DNA of 64,000 bases, from positions 32,240,001-32,304,000 of the forward strand of contig OX597819.1 of NCBI GenBank assembly GCA_951406725.2, written 5' to 3'. How positions within the stretch are numbered: the first letter of the stretch is position 1; each line of letters starts with the position of its first letter. The stretch comes from Octopus vulgaris (taxonomy: Eukaryota). Shown piece by piece: positions 42,208 to 55,798 of the stretch. The translations under genes and the position numbers were made by a program. The notes under the pieces are model-generated. The model made no database searches. It had not been told where the DNA came from and saw nothing but the letters and a program-made list of their open reading frames with translations.

Positions 42208-42605
42208 CTACCGCCGCCACTGTTCTTTCCAAGTTTAGCATTGCTGACAATGAATGAAACCGGACAATATCTTTATACAATCTCTCCACCAGCGCCAGTA
42301 CCACCAGCCCCACCACCACCACCACTATTATTACCACCACACCATCGATACTACCTTCACAACACCAGCAGTAGTAGTAGCAGTAGTCGCTCCACCATCA
42401 CCACCGGCAAATCCTCAGCATCTGCTGCAACAACACCACCGTCGCTACCACTATAATCACAACCACCACTACCGCCACTACCACTATCACTACAACCACT
42501 ACCACCCCCAAAACCACCACCATCACTACTACCACTACCACCTCCACAACCACCACCACACTACTACCACTACTACTACTACTACCACCACCGCCACTAC
42601 CTCCA
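41430..42605. repeat. Compound TCG/GAT, CA and CAC/TAC microsatellite region
   Basis: Direct reading. Confidence 0.9.
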
Positions 42606-42819
42606 CATCGATACTCCTACTCTCATTTCATTAGATTTATTTAATACTATTTTGTGAACTGTCACGCTCAAAACAGTTAAACCACCATTATTATCATTCC
42701 GCTCCAATCAAGACCATCACTTCTGTCACTCCACTAGCACCAGTATCATCCTTTCCATGATGACGAACCAAACCAAAACTACAAGAACAGTAACTCCTAC
42801 TACTACTTTCGTTACTAAT

Positions 42820-43398
42820 AATCCTTTCTACTAAAGGCACAAGGCCTGAACTTTTAGGGGAAGGAGTTAGTCGATTACATCGATCCCAGTACGTAACTGG
42901 TACTTATTTCGTCGATCCCGAAAGGATGAAAGGCAAAGTCGACGCCGGCGGAATTTGAACTCAGAACGTAGCGGCAGACGAAATACCTATTTCTTTACTA
43001 CCCACAAGGGGCTAAACACAAACAGGACAAACAAGGACAGACAAACGGATTAAGTCGATTCTTTCGACTCCAGTGCGTAACTGGTACTTATTTAATCGAC
43101 CCCGAAAGGATGAAAGGCAAAGTCGACGTCGGCGGAATTTGAACTCAGAACGTAGCGGCAGACGAAATACCTATTTCTTTACTACCCACAAGGGGCTAAA
43201 CACAGAGAGGACAAACAAGGACAGACAAACGGATTAAGTCGATTACATCGACCCCAGTGCGTAACTGGTACTTAATTTATCGACCCCGAAAAGATGAAAG
43301 GCAAAGTCGACCTCGGCGGAATTTGAACTCAGCACGTAATGGCAGATGAAATACCGCTCAGTATTTCACCCGGTGTGCTAACGTTTCTGCCAGCTCGC
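42820..43398 (-). mobile_element. Head-to-tail trimer of family-A SINE
   Basis: Three ~184-bp units on the minus strand. Confidence 0.88.
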
Positions 43399-44045
43399 CA
43401 GTTTTTCTACCAATATATACTCACTTATAAATGTTTGTGCGTGCGTGTGTGTACTCAGTCACGATGAATCATCGTTAAACCAATCTCCGTTAAGCCAACA
43501 TCGGACAAACCGGATTAATCAAAATAAGATAGTGACTCAATTTTTCACTAGGGTCGCTATCTTTGAATATCTGTGTTATTCTGAATCTGCTACGTAGGTG
43601 CAATACACATACCAAAAATGGTACATTCATCATAAATATTAAATCTACTGAATAATAAAATCATGATTTGTTGTAGTAATTTTTTTTGCCCCTTGTCATG
43701 AGCTTTACAAGAATCCCTCGTATTACGGGTGCAGTGCGTTCTTGAAAATCTCACGTAACGCGCAATCAATTTTCCTATTGATCTTCGTATTATAAAATGA
43801 GATGCATTCCGACTGATATTTTCGAGAAAATAGACAAAAAGCAGAAAAAGAAAATCATGCAAAAAAAGAAAGAAAAAAAGAAACACTAGGGAATTTTTTT
43901 TTTTTTTCATGCAAAAAAAACAACAAAAACAAACAAAAAACAAAGCAATTTCTAAATATTGAGTTCAATATGTATACATAAAGACATTTGAATTGAAATA
44001 CGTTAATTGATAAATAATAATCGTAATAGTGTAACAGGGGAACAA

Positions 44046-44483
44046 GGCGGCGAGCTGGCAGAATCGTTAGCATGCCGGGCGAAATGTTTAGCAGTATTTC
44101 GTCTTCCGTTACGTTCTGAGATCAAATTCCGCCGAGGTCGACTTTACCTTTCATCCTTTCGGGGTCGATAAATTAAGTACCAGTTACGCACTGGGGTCGA
44201 TCTAATCGCCTTAATCCCTTTGTCTGTCCTTGTTTGTCCCCTCTATGTTTAGCCCCTTGTGGGCAATAAAGAAATTAGAATCGTTAGCATGCCGGGCGAA
44301 ATGTTTAGCAGTATTTCGTCTTCCGTTACGTTCTGAGTTCAAATTCCGCCGAGGTCGACTTTACCTTTCATCCTTTCGGGGTCGATAAATTAAGTACCAG
44401 TTACGCACTGGGGTCTATGCAATCTACTTAATCCCTTTGTTTGTCCCCTCTATGTTTAGCGCCCCACCCCTGTGGGCAATAAC
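44046..44483 (+). mobile_element. Dimer of family-A SINE
   Basis: Two units sharing diagnostic variants (TTTAGCAGTATTTCGTCTTCC, ACTTTACC). Confidence 0.85.
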
Positions 44484-46432
44484 GAAAAATATTGTAATAG
44501 GGAACGTTCTTACCACAAAAGATATTGATAACTGTTTGAATGCGTTGTGGAAAAAAATGAGAGTTAGGGTGAGGACACTGTTTTCTATCTTATAGTTCAT
44601 CATCTGCAAAAGGAGTGAAGAACTTATCCAAACTTTTTTGATGTTTATGATGCATCAACGCTTTCTTAGCAGAACTGAACTCACTGTAAACTAATCATGT
44701 GATTGTTATACACTCACGATTAGTGGCGATATATGCAATATCTTGCAGACCTTCCTATATAAGTGCCAGCCCTTTCCGAGTTTTCATTTGTATTCTCAGC
44801 TTGCTCATGATCTAGCACTATCAGCTCCTTGTTAGTTAGATAAACATTCTCTATGGGATACTGACAATCGGACTATATCATCCTGCATGACTTCTAGAAA
44901 ACCTACATCATCATTTGGAAGTGTCAATAAATCTTTTCTGAATTAATGTTACCACGCCGGGTAAAACGCTTAGCGGCATTTCGTCTGCCGCTACGTTCTG
45001 AGTTCAAATTCCGCCGAGGTCGACTTTGCCTTTCATCCTTTCGGGGTAGATAAATTAAGTACCATCAGTCGATGTAATCGACTTAATCCGTTTGTCTGTC
45101 CTTGTTTGTCCCCCCTATGTTTAGCCCCTTGTGAGCAATAAAGAAATAAGAATGTTTCCACGCCGGGTAAATGCTTAGCGGCATTTCGTCCATCTTTATA
45201 TTCTGAGCTCAAAATCTGGCGAGGTTTGCTTTGACTTTCATCCTCTCGGGATCGATAAAATAAATACCACTTGAACACTGGGGTCGATGTAAGCGACATA
45301 CCCACTACTCCTAAATTGCTGGCCTTGTAGTAAAAGTTGAAATCAATATATCTTTCTGAATTTGATGTAGATTTTCTGCTTGTGGAAAATTTGCAAGTTA
45401 CAGAGACAGTCTGACTATATTTTTACCAAACACCACTCAACCGTGAAAATTTCGGTTCATCTCATGATTCTTCTATGCTAGAAGTTTCTAACAACATGTT
45501 TATCCTCCTCGTCAATTGTTTTCATAAACTGTTTGAAAGTTCTTATATAATATGACTATCACGCTTTGATTCATTGACTACAGCAAATAAGTATTCTTGG
45601 GGATATATTCTGCGGCGAGCTGGCAGAAACGTTAGCGCGCCGGGCGAAGTGCTTAGCGGTATTTCGTCTGTCGTTATATTCTGAGTTCAAATTCCGCCGA
45701 GGTCGACTTTGCCTTTCATCCTTTCGGGGTCGATAAATAAAGTACCAGTTTCGCACTGGGGTCAATGTAATTGACTTACTCCCTTTGTCTGTCCTTGTTT
45801 GTCCCCTCTATGTTTAGCCCCTTGTGGGTAGTAAAGAAATATATATTCTGCTCTCAAGTCATCAGAAAGCTCATTTAAGTTTACTGGGTGGCTTGGTACA
45901 TTGTCTAAAAGACACAGTGCTTTATTGGAAATATGATTGACATGTACCTTTCAAATTCAGGACAAAATTGTTTTGCAAACCACTCTTGGAAAACAGAGCT
46001 TTGCAAATATTAGTCATCCATGTTTCCTTATTTAAACAGTATATGTAGATTTAAACATTGAGTAACCCTTGAAAACTCTTGTTTTCCGAGTGAAACAGTA
46101 GGGGCTTTAATTTCACATCAGAGTAATATTTCCTTGCAGAAGGTGAGTCAGAGGAATTTTGGTGATTGTTTTTCTTTTTGAGAAATAACAGAGCTAGCAA
46201 GTATGCACTTCAAGAAAGTGAATTTTCATCAATATTTTATACTTGTTTTGGTGTCTATCCACCCGTTTAGCAATCATTTTCTTCAGCTGCTCAGGCCAAT
46301 TAGTCGCAGCCTCTGTATCTGCACAGGCAACTTTACCAGTCATTTGAATCTGTGGTGCTGATTCAAACGCTTCTGAAACCTTTCAGGTCAACATTTACTA
46401 GCCAGAATTTTCCACTTTCCATTAGAAGTATA

Positions 46433-46919
46433 GAATGGTTGTATACTGTCAATTTAACGTGACAGTAGGGGATTACACCACCGCTGTTTAGCCCCAGCAG
46501 CCAGGCCTACATCTAGAGACACGCATGTTTCAGTGAAGTTTATTCACTGATTACGGTAATCAGTGAATAAACTTCACTGAAAATTAGATATATATATATT
46601 TACGAAGTCGGGACAAATATCTGCAGCTGGCAGGCTTCTGCTACTCTAGACCGATGATGGACAAAGACCCTGAAACATGCGTGTCTCTAGATGCAGGCCT
46701 GGCTGCTGGGGGTATTTGTCTTCCCTTCGTAAATATATAAGGACACAAGAAAAAAAGAATATGTCGAAGCCATCAGGAAGCGTCGATGGTTTTTCTTTTT
46801 AGGGCTAAACAGCGGTGGTGTAATTCCCTACTGTCACGTTAAATTGACAGTATACAACCATTCTATCGCCCCACCACCGTACATATCTCGATGAGATATA
46901 TAGAAATTTAATATTTCTG
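46433..46919 (+). mobile_element. PLE-type terminal-repeat insertion with inverted partial copy
   Basis: 12-bp TSD ATTAGAAGTATA (46421-46432, 46920-46931); 46430-46533 is the reverse complement of 46670-46866 minus an internal segment; hammerhead motif present. Confidence 0.75.
46645..46691 (+). ncRNA. Hammerhead ribozyme remnant
   Basis: Stem I TCTAGA/TCTAGA, core CCGATGA (U4C), weak stem II, GAAA, near-palindromic ACATGCGTGT, GTC triplet. Confidence 0.6.
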
Positions 46920-47074
46920 ATTAGAAGTATATTTTTCTGCAAATTGTCATATAATTTTTTTAGCTATCTTAAAAATAAAATTACCATAGTGTTTATTCGT
47001 CACATTATGTCGAGTCTGGCTCTCGATCCATACACTCAAAATCGTTCCATTTTAAGCATTACATTAGGTATATT

Positions 47075-47512
47075 GCATCTTTTCGGTTTGAACAGCAGTT
47101 TTTCTAGCGATGTCATATGAAATTGTCACCCATAATTATGACCCTAGTATCGATCTATTGCATTTCAATCTGTGTTAATGTTACGGTTAGTTAGGGATAG
47201 GGTTAGGGTTAGGGGTGGGGGGAAGGGTATCTTTTTTTCTTCACAAATGTAAATAAACCCAATCTGTTTCTTAAACGAAGGGCATATTCATACGGCACAG
47301 AATGTTTTTTTTACCACAATAGGCGTCAGTGATTGGTTGAAATTGCAGAAATTGAAGAAAAAAACAACAAATATCTTAGAAACTATAGAATTTTCTCAAT
47401 AAAGCCAAGAGAAAAAGATGTTTTATAAACACATTCTACCAGTATACGAAGTTTAGATTTTTTTAGTTACCTAGAAATTATGTTAAAATCTGCCGTTCAA
47501 ACCGAAAGATCC
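47075..47512 (+). mobile_element. MITE family M1
   Basis: TIRs; 8-bp TSD GGTATATT. Confidence 0.93.
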
Positions 47513-48038
47513 GGTATATTAACAAATTAGGTCGAGCACTTAACAGAATAACTTCTTGAGCACTTGACATACTTTCCTCTTTATTGACAGGTATTGTCCT
47601 TACCGAAGGCATTGTAAGCTTTAATCTTATGACAATTTAGTTGACTTTTTTTCTCCGTATTAAACCTTTTAAAAACATTAGGTTTAATATCCAGTGTAAT
47701 CTCTTTACGGTTACTTTTCGCTTCGTGCTACTACCTTCAACTCCAGTAGGTAATTTCTTTTCTGCTCTAGGCACAAGGCCCGAAATTTTGGGGGAGAGGG
47801 CTAGTCGATTAGATCGACCCCTGTACGCAACTGGTAATTAATTTATCGATCCCGAAAGGATGAAAGGCAAAGTCGACCTCGGCGGAATTTGAACTCAGAA
47901 CGTAAAGACGGACGAAATACCGCCAGTTGGTAATTTCTACCAAACATCTTGAACTGTAGGTAAAACTGTTGGTAAATCCAACAGTGGCGCGATTAGTATT
48001 TATCTACAATAAATATATAATATAATAGTCGTACAAGG

Positions 48039-48450
48039 GGATCTTTTCGGTTTGAACGGCAGTTTTTAACATAATTTCTAGGTAACTAAAAAATTTTAAA
48101 CTTTGTATACTGGTAGAATGTGTTTATAAAACATCTTTTTCTCTTGGCTTTATTGAGAAAATTCTAGAGTTTGTAAGATATTTGTTGTTTTTTCTTCAAT
48201 TTCTTTCAACCAATCAAATACGTCTATTGAGGTAAAAAAAACATTCTATACCGTATGAATATGTCCCTCGTTTAAGAAACAGATTGGGTTTATTTACATT
48301 TGTGAAGAAAAAAAAGATACCCTTCCCCCCACCCCTAACCCTAACCCTAAGACAGATTGAAATGCCATAGATCGATACTAGGGTCATAATTATGGGTGAC
48401 AATTTCATATGACACCGCTAGAAAAACTGCCGTTCAAACCGAAAAGATCC
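48039..48450 (-). mobile_element. MITE family M1
   Basis: TIRs; 8-bp TSD GTACAAGG. Confidence 0.93.
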
Positions 48451-48972
48451 GTACAAGGAAACAACTGTTGTTTGAGAGCAAAATATTGACTTTTACTTGT
48501 GGATGTAAAAATGGAAATGACAATATGAAAGCGTGATAGAGTGAGGTGGAAGGACGTATTGTATGATTAAAGTTAGTTAATGGATTACCAGATTGATGGC
48601 CACTTCGTCCTTTACAACTATGACTAAAGTCATAAAAACTCATCTTCCTCTTTCTTTCGCTTTCTCTTCCTCTATCTCTCTTTCTTTCTCTTTCTCTTTC
48701 TCTCTCTCTCTCTCTCTCACATACACACACACACATACACAGCACACCCATGTCGTTGTGATGATATGCTGCACATTTAACCAGACATCGTTATCACAAT
48801 GATACTATTATTGTTAATGCCAAGTGGTTATTCGCAGAGGTGTTGGTTGTATTGGTTTTGGTGATGGTGTTGGTTAGTTATTGCTTGGTGGCTACGATAT
48901 TCATATACTTCTTGACAATTGTATTATTCCTGCTGTGTATTAAAAATAATTCGATTTCGGTTCGATCCTACA

Positions 48973-49194
48973 TCTATTTCTTTACTACCCACAAGGGGCT
49001 AAACACAGAAGGGACAAACAAGGACAGACAAACGGATTAAGTCGATTACATCGACTGATGGTACTTAATTTATCGACCCCGAAAGGATGAAAGGCAAAGT
49101 CGATCTCGGCGGAATTTGAACTCAGAACGTAACGGCAGATGAAATACGGCTACGCATTTCGCCCGGCGTGCTAACGGTTCTGCCAGCTCGCCGC
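48973..49194 (-). mobile_element. Family-A SINE
   Basis: Near full-length reverse copy. Confidence 0.85.
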
Positions 49195-50198
49195 TTGTCC
49201 TACATCACGGAACGTCGTGTGTCTTTTGCAATTGTCTCGGACCACTAAAATTTTCTGAATGCAATTTAATCGTCGGTGAAACCGTTTCTAAGTGCGAGTG
49301 GTAGACTTACTTCGTTGTTGTCTTTAGTGCAGCCAACTGTCTTGAAAGCGTTTGTGCCAGGTCTCCAGACCAAGAATAACTTTTTTTTTTTTACTCTCCT
49401 TCACCCGCAACAGTATCGAAGTCCCTGAATAGATTATAGTTACTGCCCTACATCCTTTATTTCTCGAAATTTTCTTATCAGCAGTTCATATCCGCTTGGC
49501 AGCTGTCCTGTACTAAATTACGTAATTCCTATTTTCTGTTCTAAACACCTGATTCTTTGCATTTAGTACGGGTTTCGTTGGGAATGATCCATCGATATTT
49601 TTTGTGTTAGATTCTCACTGTGTACTCAACACCATAAATATTTTGCTATTTGTCCCAGAGCAGTATTTTCTACGGATCAATCTGTAAATGTAATTGTATA
49701 TCATTCTTTTTAATTATTTGCATTTTTCATAAAAGGAATTTGCACAAGAAACACCATAAATTTTTCTAATCCAAATTTATGAAATTCTTCCATGATTCCA
49801 TATTTTTAACCGTTCTGTTTAATGATTGTATTTGTAAAGTATATATTAACTGTTCACATTCTTTGTTTGAAATCCCTAACTATTCGCGATTCTAGGGGAG
49901 AAATCTATTAACAACATAGCCAAGCGTACCAATAATTATCGATATAAATGTGACTTTATTACCTGAGTAGAAAAGCTGTACATTTTGAAGAATTGCTCCT
50001 ATATATTGTCATTTTCGTTGATTTCGAAAGAAATGTTAACATTTGTAAAACAGTTGACCACTTATGACTGTTCATATTATTTTTATGTCCCAAATAACTA
50101 TGTCAAGCCTGTTTGCATTAGCCAGATGTTTTGAAGTGAAAGTATCGCTAGTGTCTAATTTATTGATATGAATGTAGAGAATGCCAGTAACATTATTT

Positions 50199-50614
50199 GG
50201 ATCTTTTCGGTTTGAACGGCAGTTTTTTCTAGCGGTGTCATATGAAATTGTCACCCATAATTATGACCCTAGTATCGATCTATTACATTTCAATCTGTTT
50301 TAGGGTTAGGGTTAGGGGTGGGGGGAAGGTATATTTTTTCTTCACAAATGTAAATAAACCCAATCTGTTTCTTAAACGAGGGACATGTTCATACGACACA
50401 GAATGTTATTTACCTCAATAGACGTCAGTGATTGGTTGAAATTGCAGAAATTGAAGAAAAAACAACAACAAATATCTTACAAACACTAGAATTTTCTCAA
50501 TAAAGCCAAGAGAAAAAGATGTTTTATAAACACATTCTACCAGTATACGAAGTTTAACATTTTTTAGTTACCTAGAAATTATGTTAAAAACTGCCGTTCA
50601 AACCGAAAAGCTCC
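50199..50614 (+). mobile_element. MITE family M1
   Basis: TIRs; 8-bp TSD CATTATTT. Confidence 0.93.
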
Positions 50615-50654
50615 CATTATTTATATTAATGTCAATGTGGCCTTTTCTGTGACC

Positions 50655-50800
50655 GGCGACATCATCTCATGTAGTAAGCCATGTTGTTGTTATTGAGGTC
50701 TATGATACTCCGGCAGCTACAACCCACGTGTGTGATCTCTTCCACAGAAACATGACATAATCGACATTTCTTTTGCATCTTGGGAGTGTTTTGTTCGTTT
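50655..50800 (-). mobile_element. Decayed RLE-type LINE zinc-knuckle fragment
   Basis: KCRLCHVSVEEITHVGCSC fits the CX2CX8HX4C knuckle. Confidence 0.5.
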
Positions 50801-51577
50801 ATTATTCTTCTTTTGGTGTTTCGAAACCACTTTCTGATCTTTCGAAGCATAACTTTTAAACTGTGCCGCAATACAACAGTTGCAATTCCAAGCGAGGTAA
50901 TACTTCGTGTATGTTTGTGTATATGTGTGTATTCATGCATTTTATATATGTGTGAGTACATACAAGTATAAAATGCAGGTATGCATAAATACATGCATAA
51001 ATACATTTATATGCATGAGATTAAATATCAAATAATGTAGACAAGAATTATACTCAAATATAGACTGAACTTTGCTGATATACGAACACATACATATATA
51101 TGTACACACCTTCACACACACACACTCACAAAATCACACACACACACACATACACACAATGACACTTTTATATATTCATACATCTACATAGACACATACA
51201 AGAATCCAGATACACAACTATGTGCATGCATGTGCAATGTGTGTGTGTGTGCGTGTGCATGTGCATATCTTGTGCTGTGTGCGTATGTATCACCATTTCA
51301 GGTGAATATGTTTAACTAATTACTGTACGAAGAAAAAAATATTTACAGGAATAAAAATAATAACAATAAAAAATATGGAAAAAGTAAGAAATGTAAAAAA
51401 TGACGATGAATAATAACAAAAAATAAAAAAATAACAGTAAGACCAGTTTAACAACAACAACAACATCAACATCAACAACAACAATTACAGCAAGCATAAG
51501 TGTGAATATTTACGAAGCCACCACCTATTACTTTAACAATCTTCATCCGTTTGAACATAATGTCTATAAACAGTTTA

Positions 51578-51641
<64 letters not shown>

Positions 51642-51644
51642 GTG

Positions 51645-51686
<42 letters not shown>

Positions 51687-51692
51687 ATAGTG

Positions 51693-51736
<44 letters not shown>

Positions 51737-51739
<3 letters not shown>

Positions 51740-52570
51740 GGACTAAACTAAACGCAAAAGAAATAGACAAAGAAAAATCCCAGCAATGGTTGAGAAGCTC
51801 AGGACTCAAAGCAGAAACAGAGGGATTTTTAATTGCAGCACAAGACCAAAGCCTCCCCACCAGAAATTACCAAAAACATGTAATGAAAAGAAATATTACA
51901 AATAACTGCAGAATATGTGGAGATGGACAAGAAACAACAAATCATATTATCTCTAGCTGCCCAGTCCTGGCTAAGAAGGAATATATTCACAGACATGATA
52001 GAGTTGGAACCTACATACATTGGAAGCTATGCCAACATTATGGAATAACAACAGAAAAAAGATGGTATAGGCACACACCAGAAAAGGTCACAGAAAACGA
52101 GAAAACAACCATACTCTGGGATATGCCGATACACACAGATAGAGAAATTAAGGCCAACAGACCAGATATAGTTGTCAGAGATCATGAAGAAAAAAAATGC
52201 TTTCTAATTGATGTATCAATACCGGCTGATGACAACGTGTCTCTAAAAGAAATGGAGAAACTCTCAAAATACAAAGACCTGGAAATAGAGGTAACTAGAA
52301 TGTGGAATCTGAAAACAGAAACAATTCCTATCATAGTAGGTGCATTAGGCATGATAAAAAAAAATTCAGACAAATACATAACAAAAACACCAGGACTTAC
52401 AAACACATATAACATACAGAAAATTGCACTACTAGGCACTGCACACATCCTACGCAGAACACTTTCCATACAATAACCATCAGAGCATCACAACAAATCA
52501 CAGCACATACCCAAGGCACACAGAGCTGCGCTCGGTAGTGAAGTGAAAGCACGCTATAAAAATAAAACTA

Positions 52571-52573
<3 letters not shown>
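51737..52573 (+). mobile_element. 5'-truncated R4/Dong-clade non-LTR retrotransposon in (AAT)n
   Basis: Open frame to 52476 with AAQDQ, CRICGDGQETTNHIISSC knuckle, RHD, RPD...D...K-KY restriction-like endonuclease, PIIVGALG; (AAT)n on both sides. Confidence 0.93.
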
Positions 52574-52643
<70 letters not shown>

Positions 52644-52646
52644 GTG

Positions 52647-52742
<96 letters not shown>

Positions 52743-52745
52743 GTG

Positions 52746-52806
<61 letters not shown>

Positions 52807-52808
<2 letters not shown>

Positions 52809-53349
52809 GCCCTGATGCAATACCAGGCAGTGGCTCTCATGGCTTCTGATCTTCACTGATTGGAAGTGCTATCATGTACATTGTTTTGTCTTGGTATAAA
52901 AGATGGGCTACAGCAAATATTCTGCTCAATACTACAGATTTGCTTGTCAGTTGTTTGACCTTAACCAGTTGAGCATGTCCCTTGGTGGCTGACGATATGT
53001 GCATCTCTGATCACGAGCAGAAGTAGTGGGGGAGCATCATAGCCATGTGTTGAGAGGGATTCTTTGGGGTTTGAATAGTTCACCTCTGGAAACATGGGTG
53101 GTTCTTTCAACATCCTTAAACAACCCTTATTCAGGGACCTTTTGAGCGGGATGGGCTACTCAACCTGAAGAAAATTCTAACTGGGCCCCACCTGCAGGTC
53201 ATGCGCTGTTTATCTTGATATGAGATCACATATGGTTGTGATGCATGTGCCTGGTGTACCCTTATCAGACAGGTAGTCATGATGGGTATATTGGGCTTCG
53301 TATATTTTACCACAGTGTCACTTTGATGGCATGCACTGCTCTCTCACTC

Positions 53350-53350
<1 letters not shown>
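52807..53350. mobile_element. Unclassified ~545-bp insert bounded by (AAT)n
   Basis: Complex sequence with sharp (AAT)n boundaries and no recognisable ORF. Confidence 0.5.
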
Positions 53351-53392
<42 letters not shown>

Positions 53393-53395
53393 GTG

Positions 53396-53437
<42 letters not shown>

Positions 53438-53467
53438 GTAATAATAATAATAATAATAATAATAGTG

Positions 53468-53519
<52 letters not shown>

Positions 53520-53525
53520 GTGATG

Positions 53526-53571
<46 letters not shown>

Positions 53572-53585
53572 TAATAATAATAGTA

Positions 53586-53686
<101 letters not shown>

Positions 53687-54177
53687 GAAACGGAAAATCC
53701 AGTAAAAATGGAAAAGAGAAAGACGGTGGTAAGAATGGAAAAAAAAAGAAAAGAAAAACCAACAAATCAGAAAAAATAAACGAATGGATGAAGGAAAGAT
53801 GGATGGACGGAACGAGTGCAAAAAATTGAAATAAATGAAATTTAAAATGGGACTAAAAGAATATAAATCAAACCGAAAATAACAAGGAATTAAGATATCT
53901 ATCGACATTTTCAGCGTAACATATTTGTCTTACATTGTTTCACTAATTTATTCTCTGGTTCCACAATTGATTCGTTTTTTTTCTTCTTCTTTCTGTTGTT
54001 CTCTTCATCTTCGCGTTCTTCATCTCTTCACTTTCTTTATTTCATATTTCTGGGTTTTTTTTTTGGTTTTTTAAAGATAAAAGAATATAAATCAAACCGA
54101 AAATAACAAGGAATTAAATTTCTTCTTTGTTTCGTTCCAACTAAACAGTTTGGTTATATTGACACAGTTTAACATGA

Positions 54178-54356
54178 CTTCTTCTTCTTCTTCATCTTCT
54201 TCTTCTTCTTCTTCTTCTTCTTCTTCTTCTTCTTCTTCTTCTTCTTCTTCTTCTTCTTCTTCTTCTTCTTCTTCTTCTTCTTCTTCTTCTTCTTCCTCTT
54301 CTCCTTCCTCTTCTCCTTCCTCTTCTCCTTCCTCTTCGCCTTCCTCTTCTTCTTCT

Positions 54357-54403
<47 letters not shown>

Positions 54404-54427
54404 TTCTTCTTCTTCTTCTTCTTCTTC
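54178..54427. repeat. (CTT)n microsatellite
   Basis: Direct reading. Confidence 0.95.
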
Positions 54428-55427
54428 GCCATCTGGCAACATCATGTAAACTTGATCAGCCTCTTTATCCAAAGCTCTTAATTACTCACCCGCCCACTCA
54501 CTCACTCACTCACTCACTCACTCACTCACTCACCCCCACTCTCACCCCTCTATCCAACACAACCCCATCCCCATTCGTCCAATTTTCTCACCCTTTCATT
54601 CATTCATTCATTCATTCATTCATTCATTCACTCGTTCACTCATTTACTCACCTATCCACTCACATGCCCGCACACCTTATCTCACCACCGCCTGGTTTTC
54701 GCGAACATCAGCCTCAACATACTCACCCTACACCTCCAGCCCCACCCACACAACCAATCAATGTTACAATAACCGAGCTAATCGTTTATCGATTTTCCTT
54801 TTGACTCTACTAAAACACTATCGACTTCCTTCCTCTATTCCACACTTCCTTTCGTCTGTTTAACACGGAGGCCTTCTCTTGAGAAAAATTTCATTCTCCC
54901 CCACCCCTGTTGTATATTTGTTTATTTTGTATTTGTGTCTCTCTCTCTCTTTCTCTCCCTCTCTCTCTCTCTCTCTCTCTTTCTCCTCTACCCTTACTCT
55001 CCCTTCCTTTCTTTCTTTCTTGCAATACCCTGCACCGCACCTTCATTTAAGTGTGCTACCGACCTGAAGAGATTTTTCTGTTTCTGGTAGTGAAGCTGGA
55101 GGAGGGACCTTATTTTCTTTTCTTTTGCTACTACTTGAAACTGTAAAGAACCTAAGTGAAACACTAACGAAATATAAAAAAACAGAAACCCTTATTAACG
55201 ACTGACACAAATGATCGAGCACCGAACTAAATGCTTTAGATATACAGTATTTAGTGACATAACGTAACTCTGAGTTCCAGGATATTGTCTACAACAGCTG
55301 CCCCAAAGATCTTATGTACCATGAACTAAGTTCACGCAAGCATTTCCTACGATCCGGTTTCATAATTTTTCCATGCAACAGGAAATCACCCGTGAAGAAA
55401 AAGCAATAAAATGTACTATATAACTCG

Positions 55428-55798
55428 TTTACTCTTTTACTCTTTTACTTGTTTCAGTCATTTGACTGCGGCCATGCTGGAGCTCTGCCTTTAGTAGAAC
55501 AAATCAACCCCAGGACTTAATCGTTGTAAGCTTAGTACTTATTCTATTGGTCTTTTTTGCCGAACCGCTAAGTTACGGAGAGGTAAACACACAACCATCG
55601 GTTGTCAAGCGATGTTGGGGGGGAGGACAAACACAGACACACAAACACACACATACATAAATATATAAATATATATATATATACATATACATATATACGA
55701 CGGCTTCTTTCAGTTTCCGTCTACCAAATCTACTCACAAGGCTTTGGTCGACCAGAGGCTATAGTAGAAGACACTTGCCCAAAGCCACTCCTGCGCCT
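55428..55798 (-). mobile_element. Family-B SINE with deleted tRNA head region
   Basis: Reverse copy; TTGCCCAA joins directly to AGCCACTCCTGCGCC. Confidence 0.82.

Larger units (their letters stand above)
44500..47950 (-). mobile_element. Fossil Tigger/pogo transposase, split by SINEs, a PLE insertion and an M1 MITE
   Basis: Minus-strand fragments in the expected order: RKEITLDIK (HTH-psq), SVWIESQ (CENP-B HTH), TGKVACADTEAATNWPEQLKKMI, NIDE, GFLEVMQDDI...LTNKELI. Confidence 0.8.

Noticed and set aside
51790-52476. 228-aa ORF as a host gene
   Set aside because: It is the C-terminus of an R4/Dong retrotransposon ORF, 5'-truncated, with no true start codon and no RT core
53855-54118. 40-bp direct repeat TAAAAGAATATAAATCAAACCGAAAATAACAAGGAATTAA as LTR or TSD
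   Set aside because: Too long for a TSD and no element features between the copies; probably a local duplication
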